From positions 2,034,176 to 2,098,175 of the forward strand of contig NZ_JAKVPE010000001.1 in assembly GCF_022482365.1 (NCBI RefSeq): 64,000 bases of DNA. The letters run 5' to 3'. The notes beneath the pieces are model-generated. The model made no database searches and was not told where the DNA came from. It worked only from the letters and a program-made list of their open reading frames with translations. Of the stretch, positions 20,670-30,883 are shown piece after piece. The stretch comes from Limosilactobacillus sp. Lineage in GTDB: Bacteria; Bacillota; Bacilli; Lactobacillales; Lactobacillaceae. The position numbers and the translations under genes are program-made. Numbering within the stretch: position 1 is the stretch's first letter; each line of letters opens with the position of its first letter.

Positions 20670-22397
20670 GTGAGCTGGAAAGATACTTACCAAGTATGGA
20701 AGAAACAAACTGATCTCGATCCAAAGCTGAAGCAAGAATTGGACGAATTAAGCGATGATAAGGAAATCGAAGACGCCTTTTACGGTCCGCTGTCATTTGG
20801 GACGGCCGGCATGCGGGGCTTGATGGGTCCCGGGATCAACCGGATGAACATCTACACGGTTCGGCAGGCAACTGAGGGCCTGGCAACCCTGATGGAATCA
20901 CTGGGTGACGACATCAAGGCCCGGGGTGTGGCGATCGGCTACGACTCTCGTCACAATTCCTATCAGTTTGCCCACGACTCTGCCCGGGTCCTGGGTGCTC
21001 ACGGCATTAAGGTTTACATCTACGACAACGTTCGGCCAACCCCTGAACTGTCATTTGCCGTTCGTCACAACCACACCTACGCCGGAATCATGATTACGGC
21101 GAGCCACAACCCGAAGGAATACAACGGCTACAAGATCTACGGTGAAGATGGTGGTCAGATGCCACCGAAGGAATCCGACATGATGACCGGCTACATCCGG
21201 GGCATCAAAGACATTTTCGACATCAAGCTGGCTGATGAACAAGAAATGCTCAACAGCGGCCTGGAGACGGTCATGGGTGAAGATGTCGACCACGCCTACC
21301 TGCAATTAGCCAAGGAAGTCACGGTCAACCCTGAACTGGCTAAGGAATACGGCAAGGACATGAAGTTCGTCTTCACGCCACTATGCGGGACTGGTCGGAT
21401 GCTGGGTGAACGGGCCCTGCGCCAGGCCGGCTTTACCAACTTCACGATTGAACCAACCGAAGCCCAACCAAACGGTGACTTCCCAGGTCTGGAACACCCG
21501 AACCCGGAATTCCCCGAAGCCTTTGTTCGCTCCATCAAGCTTGGCAAGCAGATCGACGCCGACGTGCTGATCGCCACCGACCCCGATGCCGACCGGCTGG
21601 GCTGCGCCGTTCGTCAGCCAAACGGTGAATACCAACTGCTGACCGGGAACCAGATCGCATCGATCATGCTTCACTACATCCTGGAAGCCCACAAGCAGGC
21701 GGGTACCCTGCCGAAGAACGCGGCGGCCGTTAAGTCGATCGTTTCCACCAACTTCGCGGCCAAGATCGCTGCGGACTACGGTGTCAAGATGATCAACGTC
21801 CTGACCGGCTTCAAGTGGATTGCCGACCAGATTCACCAGTACGAGACTGGCAAGGCTGACCACACCTTCATGTTTGGCTTCGAGGAAAGCTACGGCTACC
21901 TGATCAAGCCATTCGTTCGGGACAAGGATGCCATCCAGTCCCTGACCCTGCTGGCCGAAGTAGCGGCCTACTACCGGAGTCGCAACATGACCCTGTACGA
22001 TGGCCTGCAAGAACTCTTCAAGAAGTACGGTTACTTCCGTGAAAAGACGATTGCTAACACCTACGCCGGGGTTGACGGTCCAGCCAAGATCCAGGGCCTG
22101 ATGAAGAAGTTCCGGGAAGAGGCACCAAAGGACTTCGCTGGTCACCAGGTTGTCGTTACCGAGGACTTCTCCAAGGGCACCAAGACGACCGCCGATGGCA
22201 AGGTCAGCGAATTGGGCATTCCAGAATCCAACGTGCTGCGTTACGTTCTGGATGACGAGACCTGGATTGCCATTCGTCCATCCGGCACTGAACCAAAGCT
22301 GAAGTTCTACATCGGCACGAGCGCTGATTCCCTCGACGCCGCCAATGCCAAGCTGGCCGACTTTGAAAAGGCCCTGCAGGCATTCGCTGAAGAATAA
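20670..22397 (+). CDS. pgm: Phosphoglucomutase (alpha-D-phosphohexomutase family)
   Basis: It has the catalytic Ser loop TASHNPKEYNGYK and the Mg loop DPDADR. The start was moved to the GTG at 20670 (VSWKDTYQVW), preceded by AAAGGGGA. The upstream ATG at 20625 adds an unlikely extension. Confidence 0.9.
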   Translation: MSWKDTYQVWKKQTDLDPKLKQELDELSDDKEIEDAFYGPLSFGTAGMRGLMGPGINRMNIYTVRQATEGLATLMESLGDDIKARGVAIGYDSRHNSYQFAHDSARVLGAHGIKVYIYDNVRPTPELSFAVRHNHTYAGIMITASHNPKEYNGYKIYGEDGGQMPPKESDMMTGYIRGIKDIFDIKLADEQEMLNSGLETVMGEDVDHAYLQLAKEVTVNPELAKEYGKDMKFVFTPLCGTGRMLGERALRQAGFTNFTIEPTEAQPNGDFPGLEHPNPEFPEAFVRSIKLGKQIDADVLIATDPDADRLGCAVRQPNGEYQLLTGNQIASIMLHYILEAHKQAGTLPKNAAAVKSIVSTNFAAKIAADYGVKMINVLTGFKWIADQIHQYETGKADHTFMFGFEESYGYLIKPFVRDKDAIQSLTLLAEVAAYYRSRNMTLYDGLQELFKKYGYFREKTIANTYAGVDGPAKIQGLMKKFREEAPKDFAGHQVVVTEDFSKGTKTTADGKVSELGIPESNVLRYVLDDETWIAIRPSGTEPKLKFYIGTSADSLDAANAKLADFEKALQAFAEE

Positions 22398-22425
22398 ACG
22401 GCGACACTAATTTAAAGTCAAAATA

Positions 22426-22468
22426 AAATTTCCACCACGATCCTGAGTGATTGTGGTGGAAATTTTTG
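22426..22468. terminator. Bidirectional terminator between pgm (+) and the GT2 gene (-)
   Basis: Stem AAATTTCCACCAC/GTGGTGGAAATTT with A/T runs on both sides. Confidence 0.75.
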
Positions 22469-22502
22469 TTAATGCTCGAAATGATTTAGTGGATGTAAGC
22501 CG

Positions 22503-23453
22503 TCAATCATCGCTGCTCGTTGTCGACTGGGACGGTGATTGTTCATCGTTGGCTTTCAAATCGCTAATCGGGGTCCAGTGGAGCTGCTTCAAAAGCAGTG
22601 GCTGCTTAAACTTAGTGTCCTGGTCGGCGAAGAGATTGTTTTGGGACAGGGCATCCCGGTTGGTGTTCATCACGTCATTGAGGTATTGATCGGCGAAGTA
22701 GTGAATGGGAACGCCAAGGATGCTGAGCAGGGAAATGACCGGCTCGATGTATTCGTAGGGGTGGGCGATTGTCGTGGCTGACGAGCGACTCTGCGAATCG
22801 AGGTGGACCTCGAACTGGTAGAGGTTGGCGTTGACGAAGGTGATCCGCTTGGCGTTAAAGTAGGGCTTCCACATCGTGTAGACATCGTCAACCACCTGAT
22901 TCTCCGGGAAGCGAACGTGATCAAAGACCCGCGTGCGAAAAAGCTTGACGCAAGGGGTCCAAAAGACCTGCCGGATGTGGGGGAAGAGGTCGCCGAACCA
23001 TTCCTTGGGGGTGTACCAGGGTTTGATTTTCACCTTGTCGATATTCTTGCTGCCAAAGTCGTAGTAGTGATCGTGGTCGGAGTTATAGCCATGAACGTAG
23101 CCGACCGCGATGTCGCTGTTCGTCTCCTGCATTCGCTGGTAGAGGGTGGTCAGGAAAATTGACTCGAACTGGTCATCACCGTCCAGAAAGGTAAACAGGG
23201 ACGTGTCGACCAGGTCCAGGGCGGAGTTGCGGTTGGCGGAGATGCCACGGTGGGGGAAGCGGAAGTATTTAATTCGTTTGTCCCTGGCCGCGTAGAATTT
23301 GCAAATTGCCGGGGACTCGTCCGTCGAGCTGTCGTCCACTAGCAGGAGTCGCCAATTCGTGTAGGTCTGCTTAATCACCGATTCAATGCACTTGGCCAGG
23401 TACTTGGCCTCGTTGTAGAAGGGCACGACAACGGTGATGGTTTCATCATTCAT
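22503..23453 (-). CDS. Family 2 glycosyltransferase
   Basis: The start was moved to MNDETITVVVPFYNE (ATG is the complement of 23451-23453). It has DDSSTD and DGDD motifs. The start overlaps the upstream GT2 stop by 8 nt (ATGAATGA). Confidence 0.85.
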   Translation of the reverse strand: MNDETITVVVPFYNEAKYLAKCIESVIKQTYTNWRLLLVDDSSTDESPAICKFYAARDKRIKYFRFPHRGISANRNSALDLVDTSLFTFLDGDDQFESIFLTTLYQRMQETNSDIAVGYVHGYNSDHDHYYDFGSKNIDKVKIKPWYTPKEWFGDLFPHIRQVFWTPCVKLFRTRVFDHVRFPENQVVDDVYTMWKPYFNAKRITFVNANLYQFEVHLDSQSRSSATTIAHPYEYIEPVISLLSILGVPIHYFADQYLNDVMNTNRDALSQNNLFADQDTKFKQPLLLKQLHWTPISDLKANDEQSPSQSTTSSDD

Positions 23454-24333
23454 CGGCGTCCCCCTCTTCAAGCCGGTCCAGAATGCTCAGCTTCTCGACG
23501 GCATCCTGGTAGGCCCAGAGTTGGTTGCCATCCAGGGCGTGATCCTTGATGAACTGCAGCTGCTGACGGTAGCAATTGGCAATCGCCTGGGTATCGGCAC
23601 CGAGAATGTTCAGAATTGCCAGGGCCGCTTCCAGACCGGTTACGGACAGGTTGAACACCTTCTTTTGCTGGAGACTGCCGGGCCGGTTAATACGGCGGCA
23701 GTACAGTGGGTCCGTCAAGTAGGCGATGCGCTGGGCGTTCAGGTAGAGCTTCCAGACGGTCATATCGTCCGGGAAGTTGTTGTCCGGGAACATGACGCTA
23801 TCGAAGACGGCCCGCCGATAGAGCTTGCCGGTTGAAGTCCGGTGGAGCTGATTGATCCAGTTGGGCTCATAGTCGGCGTACCGGAACCATTCCAGGGGAG
23901 TATGGGTTCCCGCCAGTGAGTTTTCGACCGTCGTGTCATGGTAAAGGGTGGCCTGGCGCGGATCGTCGAACTGGGTGAAGTTGGTAATGGCGATATTCGC
24001 CTGGTCGTCCTCAAGCGCCCGGGTCGTTTGCGCCAGAAAATCTGGGTCGAGGAGATCATCGCCGTGCACGAAGGTAATCAGATCGCCGGTTGCCAGCTGC
24101 AGGCCGAGGTTGTAAGCCGCCCCGAGCCCAGCGTGATGCTGGCTGATGAAGCGAACCCGGTGGTCGGCCAGGGCGTAACGAGCAGCCACCGCCAGCGTGC
24201 CGTCGGTGGACTGGTCATCGACGACGATTACTTCGAGGTTGTGATAGGACTGGTTAAGGATGCTATCGAGGCAGGTTGCCAGGTAGTCCTTGAGGTTATA
24301 TGCGGGAACAATTACAGAAACTTTTTCAGACAT
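23446..24333 (-). CDS. Family 2 glycosyltransferase
   Basis: The start was moved to MSEKVSVIVPAYN (complement of 24331-24333), with RBS AAGGAAGG. It has DDQSTD and HGDD motifs. It is a paralogue of the downstream GT2 and shares its C-terminal region architecture. Confidence 0.85.
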   Translation of the reverse strand: MSEKVSVIVPAYNLKDYLATCLDSILNQSYHNLEVIVVDDQSTDGTLAVAARYALADHRVRFISQHHAGLGAAYNLGLQLATGDLITFVHGDDLLDPDFLAQTTRALEDDQANIAITNFTQFDDPRQATLYHDTTVENSLAGTHTPLEWFRYADYEPNWINQLHRTSTGKLYRRAVFDSVMFPDNNFPDDMTVWKLYLNAQRIAYLTDPLYCRRINRPGSLQQKKVFNLSVTGLEAALAILNILGADTQAIANCYRQQLQFIKDHALDGNQLWAYQDAVEKLSILDRLEEGDADE

Positions 24334-24554
24334 GCGCTTTTCCTTCCTTGCTTGATAAAAACGAGATAATTTATCTGGTGATTTATAAAACGACAATGAA
24401 GCACTATTTGATGACACCCAGGAGTTAATGCTCCCGGCAACAAATTGCCACCTCCCTCACTTTAATTTGATTTTACAACATTTATTAGCAAAATTGCGCT
24501 CAATTATTAAAACACTTATAATTAAATTAAATCTCAACTAGAGGGGGTGGCAAA

Positions 24555-25541
24555 ATGGCGTTTTATATCACACAGATATACGGTGGTGGCAGCCGGGATG
24601 ACCAGCTGCAGGCCCGCGTCGCGCAGGCGGCCGCGTCCATTGGGATTTCGACAATCGGCATTCGTCAGTGTCAGCAGGAGCGGCTTGCAACTGAGCTGTT
24701 AGCTGCTCTGCGACCACTCAGTGCGGGGGATGGGCTGATTGTGCAGCTGCCGCTGGCGAGCGATCAGGTTGTCGGCGAGACTCTGCTGGCCGTCCTCGAC
24801 AGCCTTGACAAAGACCAAGCGAGTATCCCCCTGGTGCTTTTCCTGCACCGGTTGCTGTTTAGCCGGCCGGGCCTGCTGGAACAAAGTCGTGCCTTGCTTA
24901 AGCGCTCGAATGCCGTGATTGTCCCTGACTCGCCGGCTGGCAGACGCGTGGCCCAGCTGGACGTAACTGACCGGCCAGTCATCACTTGCCAGCTCCTGGA
25001 TGCCGTCAGCAACTTGAGCTTTTCCCAGCTTCCGACATTTAGTCGGCACCTCAACGTCTGTGATCCACCGACGCCAGCGGCCCTTAATTCTTGGGCAGTT
25101 GCCGCAGTGCCAGAGCATGTTTACAATGCGGGCTTTGCGGTTGATAACCCGGCTTGCATTGACCGGGGACAGGCGGAGAACGACGCCCTTATCCTTGCCC
25201 TGCATCAGGAGGGTGGCTTTGGCCTGCTGCTGGATGACGATGCCTTGCAAATGAATCTGGGGAGTTTTGTTGCCGCTAGCTTGCCCCTGGTGGTTGCCAA
25301 ATCAAATCCCCAGTCGGCCTGGGTTTACCGCTATGGCCTGGGTCACGTTGTTGAATCGCCTGCTGGTGCCGCCCGGTGCATTCGGCAAACGCCGGCGGCC
25401 ATTTACGAGGCGATGGCCCGTCGCGTTGAGCAGTTTGGTCGATTGAGCCGCCGGGGTTATTTCCTACGGCGCGCCCTGCTTGAGGGGGAATACCGGGCAC
25501 TATTAGATGGACAAGGCCTTGCGAAGGGGGCGGAGCAATGA
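24555..25541 (+). CDS. Divergent Gtf3/GtfC (Nss)-like protein, possibly non-catalytic
   Basis: 328 aa, collinear with the next ORF. Shared blocks are MxxxIT at the N-terminus, GDGLIVQLPL vs GDVVIIQSPLW, EGGFGLLL vs LGGYGLLW, LGSFVAASLPLVV vs LGAYLSAGLPVIA, and GYFLRRALLE vs GLFSKRVLTA. The conserved FVHDVEPLEF block is replaced by FLHRLLFS. The protein is rich in Ala, Leu and Arg. Confidence 0.6.
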   Translation: MAFYITQIYGGGSRDDQLQARVAQAAASIGISTIGIRQCQQERLATELLAALRPLSAGDGLIVQLPLASDQVVGETLLAVLDSLDKDQASIPLVLFLHRLLFSRPGLLEQSRALLKRSNAVIVPDSPAGRRVAQLDVTDRPVITCQLLDAVSNLSFSQLPTFSRHLNVCDPPTPAALNSWAVAAVPEHVYNAGFAVDNPACIDRGQAENDALILALHQEGGFGLLLDDDALQMNLGSFVAASLPLVVAKSNPQSAWVYRYGLGHVVESPAGAARCIRQTPAAIYEAMARRVEQFGRLSRRGYFLRRALLEGEYRALLDGQGLAKGAEQ

Positions 25542-26551
25542 CCGTTTGGATAACGAGCATGAAGGGGATGGCGGGAGCAGCCCAATTGGGTCAAGATCTT
25601 GAAGCGCAGGTTGGCCGTGAGCTTGGCTTTCGTGAGCTGAGCTTCCCGGTGAGCTTTGAAGACGTTAAGGCCGATGGTCAGGAAGAGCTCCGGTCAATAT
25701 CCGCCAAGGTCCACGCTGGGGACGTGGTGATTATTCAGTCCCCGCTGTGGTTTCAATTTGCGTTTGAACAGTCCTTGGTTCGCCTTTTGAAAAAGCAAGG
25801 GGTTAGAATCGTCTATTTTGTCCACGACGTCGAGCCACTTGAATTTGGCGCGACCGAGCAAAAGGAGCTGACAACCTGGATTCATCTTTATAATCAGGCG
25901 ACCGTAATGATTTTGCCCAACCGCCACACGGCAAAATGCCTCCGCGGTTATGGGCTGATCATTCCGTCAAGCCAGATTGTTTACCAGGAGGTTTGGGACA
26001 ACCGGGTTGAGTTTGACCGGCTGGACCAACCAATTAGCAAGTACACGCCGATTATCCAGTTCGCCGGTGACCGGGACAAGTTCGATTTTATCGATACCTG
26101 GCCGAGCGCTGAGGTGCCCCTGGTGAACTATTCCCGGACGCGGGTTCGGAGCAAGAATGTTTTTAACGGCAATTTTTTGCCCAACGATATTCTAGTGCTG
26201 AAGATGCATAACCTTGGGGGCTACGGCCTTTTGTGGGAAGCCGACGAGCGCTGGTATAACTACATGAAAATCAACACCTCCTTCAAGTTGGGGGCCTACC
26301 TCAGCGCAGGGTTGCCGGTGATCGCGCATCGAGGAGTTGCGCAGGAAAAACTGATCACCCGTGAACACCTGGGCATCGTGGCGGATTCAATTAGCGATGC
26401 GATTGATCAGGTGATGAAATTGCCGCCGCAGCAGTACTTCCGTTTAGCCCAAAACGCCTGGCGCTTAGGGCGGCTGACGCGTCAGGGACTCTTTTCAAAG
26501 CGGGTCCTCACCGCAGCTGTTTTCCGTGCGCTGGCACCGTGGACAGTCTGA
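25538..26551 (+). CDS. gtfC: Accessory Sec system glycosyltransferase, Gtf3/GtfC (Nss) family
   Basis: 337 aa. Its block pattern (GDVVIIQSPLW, FVHDVEPLEF, GGYGLLW, FKLGAYLSAGLPVI, GLFSKRVLTAAVF) matches what I recall of streptococcal Gtf3. It has an ATGA overlap with the upstream paralogue. Confidence 0.75.
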   Translation: MTVWITSMKGMAGAAQLGQDLEAQVGRELGFRELSFPVSFEDVKADGQEELRSISAKVHAGDVVIIQSPLWFQFAFEQSLVRLLKKQGVRIVYFVHDVEPLEFGATEQKELTTWIHLYNQATVMILPNRHTAKCLRGYGLIIPSSQIVYQEVWDNRVEFDRLDQPISKYTPIIQFAGDRDKFDFIDTWPSAEVPLVNYSRTRVRSKNVFNGNFLPNDILVLKMHNLGGYGLLWEADERWYNYMKINTSFKLGAYLSAGLPVIAHRGVAQEKLITREHLGIVADSISDAIDQVMKLPPQQYFRLAQNAWRLGRLTRQGLFSKRVLTAAVFRALAPWTV

Positions 26552-26661
26552 CAAGTCATGGGATTAGTGTCAAAAACATTTAGAAAAGTGTACGCTGGCT
26601 ACGGAAAATAGGATACAATGTTATTAAGAATAGAAAATAATTTATATTTGGGGTGAGGGGT

Positions 26662-27878
26662 ATGAAAAAAATAATAGTACTTTCGACCGACATGACCTTT
26701 CTCATGCCAGCGGAAACGCTGATCAAGTCCATCGCTTGTCACAATGACAATGTTAAAATCTACGTCCTGAACGAGGACCTTCCACAAGAATGGTTTGCCA
26801 ATATTAATCGGCGTCTGCACTTCTTGGACATCCAGGTCGTTGACGTGAAGTACGACCCGACGCTCCTGGACAACGTGGTGGTCTCCAATCAGTTCCTTAC
26901 CAAGATGACGTTCGGTCGTTTTCTGATCCCCAAGCTCATCCCAGAAGACGGGTCATCTACATGGATGTCGACATGGTTGTCGACGGGTCCCTGGACGGAC
27001 TCTATCAGTACCCGCTCCATGGTCACACCCTTGGTGCCGTCCTGACCCCGATGGATCCGAACGTCTTTAACGCGGGCCTTTTACTGATAGATAATACCCG
27101 ATTGCGGGCCACTAACTTCACGGCTGAAATGCTGGAGAAGGGAACGGTTAGCCACAAGAAGGACGACCAGTCAATTCTCAACGAGGTCTTCAAGGACGAC
27201 TTCGAAAAATTACCCGGGAAATATAATGTCCAAATCGGTGACGACCTTTCCGTGGTCTACAATAACGAATACGACCGTTTCTCGAAGAACCTAGAGGAGT
27301 CGCGCCCCTTTACGATCATTCATTACACGGGGGTCAACAAGCCCTGGTGGCTGATGAGCGCAATGCGGCTCCGTGAAAAGTGGTGGGAATACCGTAACCT
27401 TGATTATCCCGAACTCATCGCTCAGCGGCGGGTAGCGATGCTCAGAAAGCAGGCCACCCAGCGCCCGCAGTTTTTCACCTTTACCTATACCCAGGATCTC
27501 AGTCAATTGGAAGCACTGGTGAAGGCCTTTCCAGACTGTGACTTCAATATTGCCGCCCCGACAATGGTGGGCCCGGTCCTGCAGGTGATGCTGCGCTACC
27601 CGAACGTGAGAATCCACGAGCAGGTTAACAAGTACATCTTAAAGGAAAACATCGACAAGACGACGATTTACCTGGACATCAATGCACAGCCGCGCGATAA
27701 ACAAAACATGGAGATCATGCAAGAAATGCTCAATCGCCAGGTGCCGATCCTGACCTTTGCCGATGTCAAGACGGATATGCTTGAGAGCGAACCGGACTAC
27801 ACGGTTATTCCGGCGGGGGACGTTGATAAGATGGTCGCTACCATTCGACAGCTTTTGGCGGCCAGACCAAATGATTAG
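26662..27878 (+). pseudogene. Family 8 glycosyltransferase (Gly-like), interrupted by a 1-nt frameshift near 26949-26951
   Basis: ORF 26653..27045 reads ...FGRFLIPKLIPED and then goes out of frame. The next frame continues RVIYMDVDMVVDGSLDGLY (GT8 DxD motif) ...FNAGLLLIDN...HYTGVNKPWW through 27878. The gacgggtc context implies one missing nucleotide. Confidence 0.75.
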
Positions 27879-27886
27879 CTTCGATC

Positions 27887-27918
27887 AAAAGAGGCGGGGG
27901 ACAACCCAGCCTCTTTTT
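27887..27918 (+). terminator. Rho-independent terminator after the GT8 gene
   Basis: Stem AAAAGAGGC/GCCTCTTTT with a T-run. Confidence 0.7.
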
Positions 27919-28153
27919 AACTATCAATCGATAAGAAAAAAACTGCAAATGGCCATTTTCCAGAGCAAAGTATGGAAGGGCGACTGTGATTGCAATGCAA
28001 TAAATTAACCGCGCACGGCGGGCAAAAATGTTCATGAATGTTTCGATAATACTGAATTATAAGAATATAAGTGCTAAAATGAATTTGTTTATAAGCTTAA
28101 AAGTTTTTAACGGTTTAAGCTGAATGAAAATTGATGTTGGGGGAGAATAAGCA

Positions 28154-29347
28154 ATGAAAAAGCCCTATCAACTAAATATTCTCCGCGACCGCGTGGCCTT
28201 CAGCCTCTTTGTGCTGCTGATATATATCTTGGGAAGCAGTATTCCCCTGCCCTTTGTCCGGATGACGGAAATGTACCGGAACATGCTGGCTAAGACCCCA
28301 ATCGGCCTGATGAGTTTCATGGGCGGGGCCAACTTGCAGACGCTCTCGCTGTTTTCCGTGGGACTGAACCCGTTGATGATCGCGATGATGATTGTCCAGC
28401 TGATGTCGATGACCAAGCTCTTCTGGACCGATTCGCTCTCCCAGCACCAGACGATGATCGTGCAGCAGTGGCTGATGCTGATCCTGGCGACCGTGCAGGC
28501 GATTGCGATCACCCTGACCTTCCATTTGACCGCCAACTATCGGCAGGCGACCGCGGTGGTGATCATCCTGGTGGCCGGCAGTATGTTGGTGGTTTGGCTG
28601 GGCTTCATGAACATGCAGTTTGGCATCGGGGGAACGATGACCCTGATCCTGTTCAACATGATTTCCGGTTCAATCCAGCCGCTGGTGCGCTCGATCAAAC
28701 GAATGCAGGTCATTCCACACGCTGAGGTCTGGCTGGCGATGCTGATTCTGGTTGGCCTGGTGGAGATTATCTTCTGGGTTGGCTTCAACCGGGCCTACTA
28801 CCGGGCCTCGATGATTGACGTCACCCTCAAGAGTTCGGTGAAACCGCTGGCCTTTCCAATCGCACTTAACCTCGGTGGGATGATGACCTACATGATGGGG
28901 ATGGCCATCCTGACTTTGCCAATGATCCTGGCCCAGACGACGAGTTGGCGGGAAAAGATCAACGATTGGCACTTTCAGGTCGTCTTCTGTATGGTAGTTA
29001 CTTTTCTGTTGTTCTACTTCTTTGCCTATCTGCAGCTCAACCCTAAGGACCAGGCAAAGGAACTGCGAAACAAGAACAACTATATCCTCGACGTCCGGCC
29101 CGGGAAGCCGACGTCCCGCTTTATTCGCAATCACCTGCTATGGCTCAGTCTGCCCGGCGCCCTGCTCAACGGTGCCCAGCTGACCCTCGGCCTGGTGGGT
29201 TCGCAATTCTTGGGGCGGTACACGGCCTTTGCGCTGATTCCGCTGGACGTGGTGATGATCGTGATGTTCATGAACCTGATTAAGGACCAGCTTCTGGTAC
29301 TGGTGATTCCGCATCGCTACGAGAAATTGATGAAAAAAGAGGGGTAG
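28154..29347 (+). CDS. secY2: Accessory Sec system translocase SecY2
   Basis: 397 aa with about 10 TM segments and a SecY-like N-terminus (LFVLLIYILGSSIPLPFV). It is followed by asp1-asp2-asp3-secA2 in the canonical order. Confidence 0.85.
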   Translation: MKKPYQLNILRDRVAFSLFVLLIYILGSSIPLPFVRMTEMYRNMLAKTPIGLMSFMGGANLQTLSLFSVGLNPLMIAMMIVQLMSMTKLFWTDSLSQHQTMIVQQWLMLILATVQAIAITLTFHLTANYRQATAVVIILVAGSMLVVWLGFMNMQFGIGGTMTLILFNMISGSIQPLVRSIKRMQVIPHAEVWLAMLILVGLVEIIFWVGFNRAYYRASMIDVTLKSSVKPLAFPIALNLGGMMTYMMGMAILTLPMILAQTTSWREKINDWHFQVVFCMVVTFLLFYFFAYLQLNPKDQAKELRNKNNYILDVRPGKPTSRFIRNHLLWLSLPGALLNGAQLTLGLVGSQFLGRYTAFALIPLDVVMIVMFMNLIKDQLLVLVIPHRYEKLMKKEG

Positions 29348-29350
29348 AGC

Positions 29351-30871
29351 ATGGATTACATGGTGCCAGCATGGCATGAGTTATTTATTGATTGGGCATA
29401 CAACGTTCCACACCTTGATTTTGATGACGCGACGGGCCAACTCCGGCTGCTTCAGGATAACAAGCAGCCAGTGGGCCTTTTTCTGCTTAATTACCAGCCC
29501 AATTTATTGGAGCGCCTGGGGCAGATGGCCCTGAGCCCGAATTCCATTTTGTCGGTATTTGACTACATTCAAGACGTCCATCACCAGGAGGGGCAGAGCC
29601 TGAGCTACAAGGACTTTGCATGGCCAGCTGGAGCCTACCTCAAGTTTTCCTCCTTCCACATTCAGGTAATAGTCAACAAGAAGATGTACGCCCAGGTGAT
29701 CTTTAGCGTGTCCGGTCGAATCATCCTGGTGCAATATTACGACGAAAATGAGCAGCTAACTAAGCAGCTGCGCATCGATAGCCGGGGCTTCATTTCACGG
29801 GAGGAAGACTTCCGCGGCGACAAGGAGACCCAGCACATTTACTTTGACGAGCAGGGTAACTGGCGGATCAACCATAACCTGGAAAGCGATCAGGTAATCG
29901 TCAACCCGATGTTCAAGGACCAGTTTGCCCACGGCGAGTACGACCACCTGGATGAGCTGATCAGGGAGGTGGCCTTAACCGACCTGATGCCGCAGGTTTA
30001 TAAGGACGGCGGGCGCATGGTCATCGCATTGGATGACAAAATGCCAGTGGCCCCGGACCTCTTTAGCACCGTGCCGACGGTCTACTCAATCAGCCAGTGG
30101 CACCCGTGCAAGAAGATCTTAGCCGGCCTGCAAAATCCAGATCTGGTAACAATGGTGGCGGACCGTGAGAAGACGGCCGAGAGCGTTCAGGAGCTTCTCC
30201 ACCTCGATAAGCCAGTCACCACCATTCCGATCTTTTATTCTCAGTTTCGGCTGGGGCACAGTCAGCGGATCGCGCAGCAGCGGATCGCCATTTTTAACGA
30301 AAACATGACGGGCCAGGAGCTGATGGACCTGGTCAATCGGCTCTACAGCCGCCTATTAAAAAACTACAAGAAGGAGCAGCTCCTCTTCCTAAACTACAGC
30401 CAGGAAAAGGAGCTGGAGGCCAAGCAGATTATCAACCAACTGTGTGCCGACCATCCCGGCGAATTCCGGCTGCATAAGGACCATCCTGCCATGATCGAGG
30501 TTGATCTCGAGGGAGCCAAGAAACTGCCGGAGCTCTACCTCAAGTCAGTCCGGCTGCCCAGCGTGGGGGATGCGATGACGGTGCTTGATAAGGTGCGGTT
30601 GATGATCGACCTTGGTGAAGAGCCGGACGAATTCCTGCAGATGGCGTCCGTCAGCACCGGGATTCCCCGTCTGCAGCGCCACGCCACGGAGGAGGTTCAT
30701 GACCATCAAAACGGACTGGTGGTTACCGACAATGACCAGGTGCTGGCGGGGATCAGCTACTACCTGGATCACTTAAAGCACTGGAATGAGGCCCTAGCTA
30801 GTGACGTTCAAATCATGAACACCCACTCCAGCCAGCGGCTCTTCCAAAAATGGCAAGAACTATGGAAGTAA
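29351..30871 (+). CDS. asp1: Accessory Sec system protein Asp1
   Basis: 506 aa. Its N-terminus MDYMVPAWHE resembles the conserved Asp1 start (M.YFIPAWY). Its position is directly after secY2. Confidence 0.75.
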   Translation: MDYMVPAWHELFIDWAYNVPHLDFDDATGQLRLLQDNKQPVGLFLLNYQPNLLERLGQMALSPNSILSVFDYIQDVHHQEGQSLSYKDFAWPAGAYLKFSSFHIQVIVNKKMYAQVIFSVSGRIILVQYYDENEQLTKQLRIDSRGFISREEDFRGDKETQHIYFDEQGNWRINHNLESDQVIVNPMFKDQFAHGEYDHLDELIREVALTDLMPQVYKDGGRMVIALDDKMPVAPDLFSTVPTVYSISQWHPCKKILAGLQNPDLVTMVADREKTAESVQELLHLDKPVTTIPIFYSQFRLGHSQRIAQQRIAIFNENMTGQELMDLVNRLYSRLLKNYKKEQLLFLNYSQEKELEAKQIINQLCADHPGEFRLHKDHPAMIEVDLEGAKKLPELYLKSVRLPSVGDAMTVLDKVRLMIDLGEEPDEFLQMASVSTGIPRLQRHATEEVHDHQNGLVVTDNDQVLAGISYYLDHLKHWNEALASDVQIMNTHSSQRLFQKWQELWK

Positions 30872-30883
30872 GGTGAGAAGACG

